Assembly: GCA_021432655.1 (NCBI GenBank)
Contig: MU271211.1
Location: 1-64,000, forward strand
Origin: Atractiella rhizophila
Taxonomy: Eukaryota
Length of the DNA: 64,000 nt
Direction: 5' to 3'
The translations under genes and the position numbers were made by a program. Below the pieces are notes generated by a model. The model did no database searches. It was not told where the DNA came from and was given only the letters and a program-made list of their open reading frames with translations. This document shows positions 42,203 to 57,581 of this stretch, in pieces; the stretch's first letter is position 1, and every line of letters starts with the position of its first letter.

Positions 42203-44586
42203 ATGAGTGAGGTATGTTTCTCACGAAGAATGTACTGGCGCTAAGATGGACGATAGGCAGCTTATTATTTACCCTACACGCCTCCAGTGGACGATGGATC
42301 CTCCTCGAGCGGTTCATCTCGCCCCCAAACTTGTCTGTTCTTCACGTTTCTTTCTCAATTTACGTTGATCTTTAATGTCACAGCTTCAACATCGTTACCA
42401 ACATGGGACGCGACTTATTCCATCATTCACGTATGAGGCTCTCGTCTTGCAAGCCTTTCACAGACGCGTTTGTTTTCTAGAATCAGCTCTCTACTCGCAT
42501 ATCGCATACCTCGTACGATCTGCTCTCCTACTTTCGCCAAGCGCGACAGAAGTGGTCCAAGACGCGAGTGAATCCATATCTTACACCTGTGCTCTCTTCA
42601 GCACTACTTCTCAGTTCGTCGTACTTATTCTATCTCCAAAGTCTATGTTGACGCAATTGAAAAGCCAACGAAGATCCAGCTCCATTCCTTCATGCTATAC
42701 AGGGGTTTAATCGTGATCCAGAACATCAACCTATCCTAGTCGCACATCTCGGAGCCCAAAAATCCCTTCGAACAGCTCTAAAGGCCTTACTTCGAGGGTT
42801 TGTCGAAGAAGGTAACGCACTAGAAGGGGAGCCCGTAGGTTCTCTCACTCACTCAAATATAGAAGGAAGTCTCTGTATGATAGTGCCGTTGATTTGCTTT
42901 GGAGGACAGGAGGAGGTCCGCACGACTCTCACCGACAAAAAGTCTACCTTGCTGTCCAACGAAATGCGCGATCTCGATCGGTGGTACGAGGACAGATACC
43001 GAAGAAGACCTTCCCGTCCTCAAGCCGAGAGTGAAGGAGGGCTACCCAAACTTCTTCCCACTCTCCTCGTTCACTTTCCGCTTGGGCTATTACCAGCGAC
43101 GCTATTGAACGATTTGATACACGTCTTGGTGTTCGTCTCTTTCTCCGAACATGGCGGTGGGATACTGACTGTGGTTTCGGTGGCAGGTTGTACGCGACCA
43201 GATTACCGATCTTTTTCTTTTTCCACTCACCCAATCCCTCTGCTCTGGACGAGATGTCAGCTCAGACTCGCGCTAGGCTCGAGGTCGGCGTATTTGAGCC
43301 ACCAGACCCTTTCGAAGAAATCATCCGAGCTGTCCGTCGTCTATATTGCACTTTGGCCGTGAATCAATTGATATGTTAGATAACGACTGCGAATCCGAAT
43401 CCAGCTCAGACTCTCCTGCTCACAAAAGATCTCGTGGAGATGTTACGCGAGGCTTATGAGAACATGAATCGCTCGATTGACGCATTCCTATCAGGACTGC
43501 ACGTCAGTCCTTTGCTCTTCCTCTCTATCTTTCGGCTTGTGAACATATTCCATAGTACGCACACTTAGCTCACGCAAACGTCTTCCCTTCGCCTCCACCG
43601 CCCTCCCTACTCCGCTCGCTTCCTTCCTTCCAGCGATACATCGCATCCATCCTTCGTCCCTCCTCCTCCTCTTCCCATCCTCAACATCAGCAACTCAAAG
43701 ACTTAAACCCATCTCTTCTGATGACAGATGACAATTACCTCCTATCCACTTTACATTCCCACTTCCATCCCGCACACATCGCATTCTTCCGCTCCAGGGC
43801 AGAGAACGAACGCGTGTGCGCGGTTGCTGAGAGCGTTTATGGGACGAAAGGTTGGGAACGGATTGGGACCACCGACTCTACGAGACTTCTCACTTTCCTT
43901 GAGACTGCAGGCGCGGGATGGGAAGGCGAACTTGCAACTATGAGGAGTTTGTTGGAAGGAGGAGCAGGGGAAGGAAGAAGGAATCTTATCAATGGTCTCT
44001 TACTGGGTGGAGTTGTCGGGAATCAAATGGGAGAAAAAGACCAGGCGTTCACGCGACTCGTTCAGATGACGACGAGAAGGATGCAAGGTCTGAGGGAAGG
44101 GATGGGGGAGAGGGGATACGAAGGACTGGTGTTTTGGGAACTTTGGTACATTGATTGTCACCAAGCTGTTCGACAGGTGAATTCCTGATCAGCTTTCTCT
44201 ATAACTGTAAGCGGTACTAAAAAATATTTCTTTTCTCGATTGCAAACATCTAGGTCCTGTATCCATCGCCCGCCATTGAAATCCCCCACTCCCTCCTGCA
44301 TCCCAGTTCCTATCTGCCACCCTCCTCTTCAGACGCCGAACCTGACATCTCCCGCCTCTACTCTCGTCTACAAGAATCCCAAAATGCCAAATACATCAAC
44401 CTGTCCGACCTATACGATGGATTTCGACCGTCGTCGTCTGCAGCGAGAGGAAACACGAGTCCTGTGAAGAAGGCGGAGCAGGCGAATCAAGCCAGGTTCA
44501 TCACTGCCGTAGCAGACGCAGCGGTCTTAGGATTGGTTGGTCCAACGAAGAAGCAAGAGGGGAGCGTGACGAGACTCGCTTGGTGA
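42203..44586 (+). CDS. ORC3: Origin recognition complex subunit 3
   Basis: The spliced last exon PDISRLYSRLQESQNAKYINLSDLYDGF..QARFITAVADAAVLGLVGPTKKQEGSVTRLAW* matches the ORC3 C-terminal winged helix. Internal LLVHFPLGLLPATLLNDLIHVL resembles the degenerate AAA+ region. Start (ATG AGT GAG|intron) inferred. Confidence 0.8.
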
Positions 44587-44646
44587 GATCAGTTGTGTCC
44601 TGATGATGCTTTGGGATAGTTCGAGCGTCGTTAGAATCACATTGAT

Positions 44647-46092
44647 TCAGCCATCCTTCGCACCATGTATTCGCTTGAATTAGCTGTATGTAACTAGACA
44701 AGGATTGTAATGTTGAACTGGCGCACCTCGGATTTTTCACCTCCTGCTCCACTTTGAGCCCTCCTGGGTCGTCCTCCGCCAGCAATAGCACTAAGCGCCG
44801 CTCCAAGAGCACGACGTTGTCCAGCGAGATCTCCTGGCCTCGCTGCGGGCCTTGCGCGTGAAGGAGGTTTTTCATCGTTCGATACTTTCTGATTGGCCGG
44901 GGCAGCAGCAATTGGGGCAGTCGGAGAGGCGAGCTGTCTCGTCGGAGGAGCAGAGGTGTGGGGACGGCGAGCGACTGTTGGCGTGGCGGGGGGAGAAGAA
45001 GACGATTTGGCTGGCGTCCCCGTCCCTCCAGCTGGGGCTGCTGCTGCCACTTTCTTCGCCTGACCCTTCCCACCTCGTTTCCTTCTCGCTCCTTCCTCCT
45101 TACCAGTAGCCGAAGCAACGTTTGACGCAGACACGGAACCAGCCCTCCCACGCTCCCCTCCTTTCGAAGTAGCGCTAGAAGGAGCAGTGAGGATGTTTTT
45201 TACTTCCATACTCTTCCGGGACGCAGCAGCAGCTTTGGCTTCCTTCGCTTCCTTCTCTGCTTCTCTTTGTGCACGGATATGCTGAAGGAGTGGTGTTGTT
45301 TTACTGACTTCCACTGTTCGAATCCTTCAGTTCGGCAAAGTTCCGAAAGAGGTACAGAAAGAAAATAGTACCTGGAGCAGGGGGAGCTTCTGGTTCTTCA
45401 GTTGGTGGATTCGCAAGCCTGTCAAGGAAGGACTTGTATTCTTCATCTAGTGTTCCCAGTTGACAACTGAGTCGCGCACGACAATAAAGGGAACTGACAT
45501 ACCTTCGTCGATCGTACCTTGTCGGGGATCAGTCTTTCGCGTTGGGACAGGCGTCTTCTGAAACGGCGCAAAGTCGACGACTGCTTGATATACTGTGCCT
45601 TCTCATCGTACAGCATATGAGATTATGATCTAAAACCGGAGAGCAGTCGCACCTTGTTTATCTCTAAACAGCCAACCATCAAATCCCTGATGGAAGGCAA
45701 GCAAATCATCGTAGTTCTTGAAAGTTATATAAGCGCGCGAATTGATGTCGTGTTTGTTCTTCCTATCAATCGGAGACACTCCAGTTACTGCACGAACCCT
45801 TACGAACACAGGTCGTCCTTGGGCACAGATGGACTTACATCTTCCGAATCTTCCCTTGAGACCACCATGTCCAGCTTGTCTTTTCTTTTTCCTCGCCAAT
45901 CCACTTCTCTACCGTTTTCCAGAACACATTCTCGGGAAGTTCTTGAGGTAACTTCCGTACCACGACCTTGAGTTGTTGAGCTACATTTTGGTCCTGTTTC
46001 TCTTTGTCTGCGGCCTTATTTCTTTGCTTCTGTCGCCTAGACTGATTAGCTGATGCGTTATTAGGCGCTGCCTGAGAGGACTTGGGAGGCAT
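44647..46092 (-). CDS. UPF3: Nonsense-mediated decay factor Upf3
   Basis: LKVVVRKLPQELPENVFW, SRAYITFKNYDDLLAFHQGFDGWLFRDKQG|TVYQAVVDFAPFQK, DPRQGTIDE|DEEYKSFL, TTPLLQHIR. Terminal micro-exon DG* inferred (unspliced stop at 44694). Confidence 0.9.
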
Positions 46093-46253
46093 GACATGGG
46101 CACTCTCAATGGTAGTTACACTATTGTTTGTCTGCCTTTGTCCTCGATCAAAACGTCAGCAACCATTTTTCGACGACCACATCGAAACGTGCTCAGCACT
46201 TCATAGAGACGCTTTCAACAGCGTGTAACATTTCATTAGACACATTCAACGAT

Positions 46254-48155
46254 ATGTCAGACAGCAAATTGAGGCGGAATGAAGACAAGGAAGAGGAGTC
46301 ACCCATTGCGCAAGCTGTGGCGACTGAAGCTGTTACGCCAGGCATTTTTTCTGGTTCGGAATGGGAGACACAGAATGAGTTCGATGAAGCCTCTAAGCAC
46401 AGGAAAGAGGCTGGATTGGAGCCTTTCTCGCTTAAAATGGTGCGTCTTTTCTTTGGGGACCCAAATGCAACGAGTAATAGGAGCGTGAATGGTGTAGGAC
46501 AGTACAGTGTCATGGTTCTACCGTGTACCCATCATGTCCACGTTCTTCGGGATCGTATTCGTGTTCGCTATCATAGCATACAACTCGGAGAAGATCTTTG
46601 GACCGCGGTTACGAGCGCATTCTGGCATTCTCTCTGCTTGTGGTGCATTCTTGGTCTTCGGAATGTTGAATTTCCGAGACGGACCTTTCACGCGACCACA
46701 TCCTGCGTTCTGGAGGGTCGTGCTTGGAGTGAACGTGATTTATCTAATGGGGCTAATCTATCTTTATTTCCAAGATAGAGAGCATGTAATGTATTTCACC
46801 ACGTTCCTTTGCAAATCAGCTAAGGTTATTATCTGGAAAGGCACAAGAGCTCATTGGCAGCACAATCCCACTGCGGGAAAAAGGTTACGCTGAGAATTGC
46901 GAGTTTACATTACAGAATATTTGGGTGTGTACACATTTCCCTGCTTCATCTCCAAACCTGAAAGATTGTAGAATCAAATAGACATATTTTGTCTCGCTCA
47001 CGCTTTGGGGTGGTTTGGGAAAGCGATGATACGTACATAATTTCGTCGTTCCTCATTATGGCATTGACGCGAATAAGATAGTGCGGGATTATTGGTTCGT
47101 CATTTGGTTCCTAAAGTGTGACCTATGGTTGACCAAAAACCAGGTTCTGTTGGATTTTGTCCATTCTGTTCGAATTCTGCGAATACAGCTTACAGGTACG
47201 CACCTCTTTTTTCGCTTACAACAAGCTTGACATTTCATTTGTTTACAGCATCAGGTAAAGCAACCTTATTAAATGCAAAGAAGTACCCTCACGCTTTTAC
47301 AACCAGCTTCCCAACTTCGCGGAGTGTTGGTGGGACCACTGGCTCCTTGACGTTCTGCTTTGCAACTGGGGAGGACTGTGGTTAGGGATGAAGGTATGCG
47401 AATGGCTCAAAGTCACCGTAGGTCCTTTCCTTGTTACCTTCCACCAGCTCACTCACTTGGTCATTTGCAGCCTTTTTCGTGGCGCGGTATACGGACCCAA
47501 CATGCGAGAACGCTGAGGGGTCGCACTGCGAGAGCTATGAAGCAGTTTACACCTTATGATTGGACAGAGTTCAAGTGGGAAGGTATGGATCTTCTGATGA
47601 TTGAGCGTATATACTGAGTATTTGTGAAGGGACGAAACGATTTCGAAATTACTTGTCGACCGTTGGATTGCTCTCTGTTTTCCTTCTCTCAGAGCTCAAT
47701 GTGTTCTACTTGAAGGTTTCTTGCCCACCCTTTTTTTCCTCGTGCGGTGATTAACCAACGTTACCAGTTCCTCCTAAACCTCGAACCTGAGGACCCGATC
47801 GTTGTAGCTCGTCTAGCAGGCATTTTCCTCTGCGCACTTCCAGCCGTTCGCGAGCTGTACCAATATGTATCGATGTACCGGTAGGCGTTCTCCTCTGCCT
47901 TCTCGCACAGCGAAACTGAGACTTTTCGCTAGAAAAATCGCGCGCATGGGCTCTCACTGTGTCACTCTGCTCTTCAGCGTCATCCTCGAGCTTTTGATTG
48001 TCATCAAATGGAGCAACGGGATGTTCCCTCCCTTCCCTCGGAAAGTTCTATACTTTTGGGGATCATTGGTGACCCTGTTAGTGGTCTATCCCATTTGGAA
48101 GTTTGGGTATCGCAGAAGCAAGGAGAAGAATAACAATCACCACAAGTCTCAATAG
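46254..48155 (+). CDS. Base-exchange-type phosphatidylserine synthase (PTDSS1/2-like, PSS family)
   Basis: [105 protein letters not shown]: hallmark motifs of PTDSS1/2. Confidence 0.93.
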
Positions 48156-49701
48156 CTCGACGCAGATGGGTTCATACCCTGAGACGAAAATGACAGTCAT
48201 TTTGTTTCCCAGTGTGCATAACTTTGCTCGTTGATTTTTGGATCCCGTATACAATACATTGTACACAATTTATATCAGTCCGTATGAACTCGCTAAATAC
48301 ATCTTGACAAGATGGTTTCCGTCTAGACATGGGAATCTTTTTTCAAATCAACCTCAGGCTTCTTCTCTTCAGGTTCATTTCCTTCTTTCTCTTTCGAAAT
48401 GACCAATCCCTCCACCTTTTCCACAAGATTCTCCACCGCATTGGCAGCCTGCTGGTCCACCGCTTTCGGCTCCTCCTTCAACTCTTCCTTGATAAGCTTC
48501 TCCTTCTCCTCCGTCTTCTGCGGCTTCCTCTCCTCTTCTCCCTTATCTGTTTCTACGTTCTCGACTCCCTCATCTACAACACTCTCTTCCTTTTCTTTCG
48601 AGCTTTGTTCCTTCATCCAATCCTGCCGCAATTTGACCAGCTCCTCATCCCACCCCAATTCCTTTGCAAGCTCCAACACGCCAACATCAGACTCCCCAAT
48701 CCACTTGGCATCCCTGGTGTACGCTTTCCCACCGCTGAGCCGTCCAGAGAAGTCGAAACCCGTCTCACGGAACTTCATGAAGATAGAGGAAAGAGAGAAC
48801 TCATCTAGATCACCAGCTTCGCCGACTACTTCGAGATTAATGAGCAGACGAGGGCATTTGTCAGGAACCCGATCGACGAGACGAGCGAAGGCTGATGACG
48901 ACAATCGGTACGACTTAACATAAAGAAGACAAACGTACGTTGCACTTGAAGTGACGTTCCGAGGACGATCAGGAGGTCGCAATCTTTGAAATCCTTCAAA
49001 AGCAGCATATTCAGTTTCAGTCATGATAGGGAAGTAGGGAGAACGCACTGCAATACGTCGAAAGAACAATTCTGGCAAACCTTCGCCAAAGAAGACGATA
49101 TCAGGTTTCACCACTGTAGAACTATGTCAAAACATGGACCTCCATGCGATGAGAGGAGACAAAACCCACGCGCTTGTTCTTTCCCTTCACAATCTGGACG
49201 GGAGCATCGGATCACTTGTCCCTCCAAAATCTTAGGACGGAGTTCTTCCATGGAATAAGGAGTGAGGCATTCGAGACATTTAGCAGTTGCGAAAGAACCA
49301 TGAGCTTCCACGATCATTTCTTGTGGGAGTCCTGCCATTTGATCTAAGCAATCGATATTTTGAGAAAATACTCTTCCCACATGAAGTCAGTGATAACATT
49401 GTGAGGAACTGAAGATACAGATGCAGACCGTTTTAAGACTCCTTTCTTGTGCAGAAGCACGAAAAAGAAATGCGTTAGAGAGGGGGTGAAATTCCCTGGA
49501 TAAAGCTCCTTGGCTAGCTGAAAGAACGCCTCAGGATGATCAACGAAGTAGTTGATCTCGAAGATCGCTTGAGGGTGTGCTGAAATGAGAAAGGCTCAGC
49601 AGTGCATACGCGAACATGGACGAAAGCCTACGGAGATTGTATTTCTGTAGGTTATGGTACTGTGAGGTTGGGATTAGCTGGATCTTTCGTCAGGGTATTT
49701 T

Positions 49702-52123
<2,422 letters not shown>

Positions 52124-53263
52124 AAGAAAACAGAGGATGCGCAGAAAAAGACGGATAAGATATCCCTTCGTAAGAGGCAGGATCTTGAGCTGCAGCAGAA
52201 CAAGCTACAGGATCACCAGGAATTTGCATCCCAGGCAAACATCCGTGAACGTATGCAACATGATATCGAGCATCAAAAGCGGAGGGCAAAAGTATTATCG
52301 AATAAGGAGGCAAAGGCAACAATTGCGACGAGAGACGCAGCACTTCAAGACAAGAAGCGCGAAATAGAAGAAAGAGCCGGGATAAAGAGACAATTCCGGC
52401 CAAAGCAATTGACCGGAGCAAAAACATTCATTTCAACTAAGGAGACGGGACCGGGGTTATGTTGACGAAGCAACGAGACGTCCTTTTCTTTCCATTCTAG
52501 AGATGGGTGCTGGAACACTTTATCTCGTCAGTTATTCTTCTCCCAGAAAATATCAGTGTCCTATTGATCGCATTCTTCTCAATGTTCCTGTGTTGCTCGT
52601 TTCCGAACATGTTACTTTTCAAGGAATGATTTATTTACAGAATTATGCAATTTAGCACGCTGTCGTCTTGAGTCTTCATGCAAGGCTACATCCCTTTCTC
52701 AACCTCATAATCGGTGCGACAACCATCCCGCAAGGAGTTCTTTCCGAAACCAAAATCTGTAGTCTCGGCATGAAACTTCGCTTTCGTATCATTGAAAACA
52801 AAGTGATTAAAGAGTCTTTTCATTTTTTCTTGGCAACAAAAAGTGTAAAGGAGCCTAGCACAGTGGAGACAGTGTGCAAGCTGGTGTCAATTGCCGTATT
52901 TGATCAAATTTGATCCATTCTTGTACTTATACTTATCCCCTTTCAAAAGAGGACACGCGCACCGTTCAGGGAAGGGAACCTTTAGGTTCCTTACGAATAG
53001 AAAGAAAGGTACTGTAGTTCATGAGGCCGGCAATGTAGCCTGTGTGTAAGTGTGAAAGACATTGGACGCGGAATTGAAGTATCGTTGTTCGTTATTCGTT
53101 GTTGGAGTTGGTTGCAGAAGAAAAACAAAGAGGGAAAAGATGGTGCAACTGCGGAGTGGGGGGAGAAACGGGACCGACACTGAGCTGGAGCTGTGCACCG
53201 CAGCCGAAACATTGTGACCATCAACGACGACACGACGAATTTCTCTTTCGCAGGATTGTTAAG

Positions 53264-54650
53264 ATGACGAGTAAGTTTCCCCCTTGGGACGTGTGCAAGT
53301 GACCAAATAATGTTACAGGCGACAATCCCTTTGCGGACCATCACCAGCCCTCGGCTTCTGACAACCCCTTCGCTGACCCAACGATTCAGGGAGCTCTCGG
53401 CTCCACCAAATCGACATATAATGACGTTGGAGGGGGATATTCTTCCGATACGCTTGATCAGAAGAGCCAGGCTGGAACTGGCTATACGACTGTGGAGTTA
53501 GGAGTTGCTGGGAGGACGGATGATACGGCTGCTCGCTTGGCAGAGATTCGGAGAAGGGAGGAAGAGCTTGAGAGGAGGGAGAGGAACTTGGGAGATAGGG
53601 AGGACCATATGAAGAAACACGGAAGAAACAACTGGCCATTTTGTGAGTTTTACCTATTTGTCAGAGCTGGTCCGCCGCATGGGAGGCTGTGGTGCTGAGC
53701 AAAAGGCACATCAATCTTAAAGTACACGGGCTTCGATACGCCATAACAATAATGCTGGCTTCTTCAGCATGAGTTCCCCTACCCCCAATTATCCCTCCAC
53801 ATTTTGCCGAACGAGCAGAAGAAGCCTCCGACATTGTTGGCCGTGAATCATGATGTGGTGGTTCTGCAACAGTACTGACTCGCTTCTTCTATTTCCCCTT
53901 CATAGTCTACCCACTCATCTACCACGACATCGATGCAGAGATCCCTTCTGACTCCCGATCCACCGTCTTAACCCTCTACCGAGTGTGGCAGTTCCTGCTC
54001 ATCGTCCTAATCGCCAACCTAGTGGGAGCCATACTCCTCCTTACCTCGGGTCAACGGGATGGAGGAGCTGATCTTGGCTCTGCGGTATCCTACTGTATTT
54101 TCATCCCTCCATCCAGTTTCTTACTGTGGTATCGTCCGTTTTATAACGGATACATGAAAGAGATGGCTCTCTACTACTGTTAGCTTTCTTCCTTCCTCCA
54201 GCTGCGTTTGACGGACTTATTGCGTGTCAGACTTCTTCTTTGTCTTTGGCGGATTCCACGTCCTTTATTGCGCATACATGGTCGTCGGAATCCCCTCCAC
54301 CGGTTCGGCAGGATTGATCAACACCCTTCGTGCCTTCGGTGACGGTTCAATCGTCACTGGAGTTTTCGGGGTCATCGCTACGGCTGGATGGGCAGCAGAA
54401 GGACTGGGCATCCTATGGATTTACAGAGCCGCGTACGCCAGGCACAATGAGGTTCGTCTCCTTTCCTCAACGCTGCTTGAAGCACATTCTGAGACACTTG
54501 GCATCGTGTGCAGAAAGGACATACTTTCGCCCAGGCAAAGAGCGACCTTCAAAGCCAGGGTCTTAGGGCTTACTTTTCCAGGTGCGTGCCTTATTGCTCT
54601 CTCAATGACATTTATTGTAAATACTGAGAAATGACGGTAGGAATCAATAA
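53264..54650 (+). CDS. Secretory carrier membrane protein (SCAMP)
   Basis: MT|SDNPFAD..SDNPFAD (NPF repeats), EIRRREEELERRE, GRNNWPF|FYPLIYHDIDAEIP, SFLLWYRPFYNG, VGIPSTGSAGLIN, GHTFAQAK; last exon RNQ* ending 54650. Confidence 0.92.
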
Positions 54651-55376
54651 TGAACTACCTACTTTGTTATGACCTAAAATACATCCTGCTCTACGATCCA
54701 GCGAAAAGGACGCTATGAAAAGTAAATGCAGACTTTCCGTCAAGACTTGTGTTTCCTAGTTGTGTTAGTTTGGTTGGACGTTGAGCATGATATAATTGCT
54801 CTGTCGTTTTTATTCCATGCTTATTCGAATCCCTTCTTGTGAAATTTTAGATGAATGCTTCATCATATCTACAGGCAAACTTGCCTTAGCCACGACAGTA
54901 AGAATCAGCTGGATGGTTGAGTGACTTGAGTCTCATTATAATCTTCACGCTACATGACTTTAAGTAAGAAGCAGGAAGACAAATCGCTAGTTGAATAAGA
55001 GCACCATGGCTGATCCTACAGATTTCGCAGCAGAGAACCGGATGAGAAATTGAAGGAGTGGTGATGCAATGGATGAGATGAAGAACAATGAGAGCATGAT
55101 GGATCCTTGACGTGTGAACCGCATGAACCCAACGGTGTCGTGAAAATTGATGGTGTCGAAGCTTGGTATCGCGATAAAAGTTCGAAGGGTATCTAGGTAC
55201 ATTCCCATGGAAATCGAAAACGTTGGTGAACTTGGATACACGAAACGGGAAGCGAAGTGGGCTGAGGGGAGTTCATGATGACGAGATGACGAAAGCAGCG
55301 ATGGAAAGCAGCTGAAACACTAGTTGTTCGTCCTGAAAATTGCTCGTGCGTGAAATGGCTCGGGGTGGATAGGAAG

Positions 55377-56295
55377 CTACAAAGTTAACTTGGACCAATC
55401 TCGTTCGGGCGCATTTCTATGGATCGGCAGGGCGTCCAAGGTCGGCGTGAGGAACGGCTTCTTGTTCTCTCTCACGATTCCGTGACGCTCTTCCTCGCGC
55501 TCCAGCTCCTCTTCCATCTCTATCGACCTCGCTTTGCTCAGCCTCGAGTTCACCTCCGCTGGTCGGAAGTGTTTGTTGGAAAAGTTCAAGCTGAGATCGA
55601 GAGGATTGTCGATGGAATCTTCAATGTCGTCAGTCACGGAATAACCGTCTACAAGCAATTCAATCAGCCAATCCATCTATGAAGTAAAGTAGATAAGCGA
55701 GATAGGTAAACAACAGACGTCACGCGCCCGCTCGTTGTGGAAAGTTGGAAAGGTGGAGAGTGGAGAGCTAGAGAGACGAACCATCCATGCTGAACGACTC
55801 GAAACTCAATCCGCTCGTCCCACTGTTGCTGCTCTCTCTCCGTCCCTGACTGGAGCTCGACACTCCCCAACTCGAGCTCGAATCGCTCCACATCATCATC
55901 GGTGACAGTTCCTTGTGAATAGGTGCCGATTTGGACGACGGAGACGCATCGTTGGAGCTGAATTCGAACGGTGAACGGTCTCCCGGGAGCAGGAGACTGT
56001 GCGGCGAGGGACGGGACGCGAGCGCAAGAGCTTGCATCGCTCTTTCATGTGATATCGATGAGGATGGATCGTCTCGAGACTGCGAGCTCGCCATCGGTGT
56101 CCTTTCTCGATCTCCCTCAAACGAAGGGTTCGGAAAGATGTCTTGCGCTCGATGAGGTCGTCGCAATGAAGGCTTCGTCTTCGTCGGCGCAGAGTGAGAT
56201 CGCTGAGTCTTGAGGCTTGAATTTTGGAGGCTGGAGCGCCCAAAGAGGATGGATGAAGGGGAAACAGACATTGTTGCGAACTCGACGTATTGCAA
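55377..56295 (-). CDS. Hypothetical Ser-rich protein (two exons)
   Basis: ORFs 55768-56295 and 55377-55676 are separated by an intron-like segment; low complexity, no recognisable domain, start codon uncertain. Confidence 0.45.
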
Positions 56296-56774
56296 GGAGA
56301 CAGTTGCTGGGGTATAGCAGAATGTATAGGCGTCTTTATAAGGCGATTACGAGCAGTCGTGTGTCTGAGCTAAAGGGCGTTGCACGCAACGCAAGGGAGG
56401 GAGCTTTTATGCACGCCCGGATAAATGGCGAGCCATTCATACCCCAGGTTCGGAGCAAGACGAATGGTCAACAGCTCAAGATTAGCTCAAGATCCGGCGC
56501 AGATTGACCATTCCGCATCGGTGCATGACCCTCCGAGAAAAGCCGGTCAAGCTGCAACAAGCTCATGGAATTTTTCTCAATGTTCAAGTGATCATGGAAG
56601 CAGGGAAAAACGATGCTACATACTTTAGATTGCATGGTTTGTGCATAGGGTAAGAACGAAGAAAGAGGATAGAAGAAGTAAAAGCCGTCGTCAACATGAA
56701 GAAACTCCTCCAAATCTCCAAACTCTCCAAAGACGGCTTGCCAGCAACAATCTCGCTTCCAACTCCATCACCCT

Positions 56775-57311
56775 TTAGCCGCTCTTTCCCTGAAATTATA
56801 AACAGATCACAAGTGCACAATGAACAGGTGAGGCAGTCCGATGGATCCAAGGTCAGAGGACCGAGATTCGTTGATCGGCGTTAATGATAGTTGATCACGA
56901 CAAGGTGGCAAAGGGAGAATCAAGAAAGCGAGCGGGGTCACGGTCAGCACAAATCCTCTCCGTTGAAGTAGACACAGAAACATGGGACTCCAAAGACGTA
57001 CCTCCGGTTGAGCGTTCATCCTCCTCTTTCCTCCGACTTGTGTAGTAACATTCACTGCAAAAGCACACCATCAACCACTACCCTTACTTCAATAACAAAT
57101 ACTAGATCACATACCAAATCGCCTGTTGTAAAGGATTCTCTTCTTTGCCCGCCCAGTGGCCTTCTTCTTCTTCTCCTGCTTCTCAACCTTTGGTGTCTGC
57201 GACTTGACCTTACCTTCATCCCAAATCATCAGCATTTCCGCCTCCCTATACCTCAAACAACAGTGCAAATAGCATACCGGCACGAGCCAAACTTCCGTGT
57301 ACCTTTCCCAT
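56775..57311 (-). CDS. RPS30: 40S ribosomal protein S30 (eS30), not ubiquitin-like fused
   Basis: Spliced [66 protein letters not shown]; not captured as a single ORF in the ORF track. Confidence 0.95.
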
Positions 57312-57581
57312 GTTTGCTATGGACGAAAAACGAGAAACGGTGAAAGATCGACTCAGTGGCTGCGGAAAGAAAACAAATAGCCATGACTAACATTCCGTAG
57401 TCATGACTCAGTATGGGCGAATCACTTGGAACAGGAAAACAGGGAAACATCAAGACAGCTGGCAGATCGAGGACGCCTTCATACTGAGTGGATTTTAAAG
57501 GATACCTTCACTAGCAGCCCGTAAGGGGAAGGGACTCCTTCTGGTGCGCGACATACTTCTTCTAGTCAACCCCATTGTAAC

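Noticed and set aside
21267..48155. SEC59, PIS1 and PSS as a lipid-metabolism cluster
   Set aside because: Separated by many unrelated housekeeping genes; co-location is plausibly chance without synteny data.
54620..54712. CTGAGA ... CCAGCGAAAAGG resembling a fungal TPP riboswitch
   Set aside because: The CTTGAT-CTGGATAATA P4/P5 core is absent, CTGAGA is simply the branch region of the last SCAMP intron, and the gene is unrelated to thiamine.
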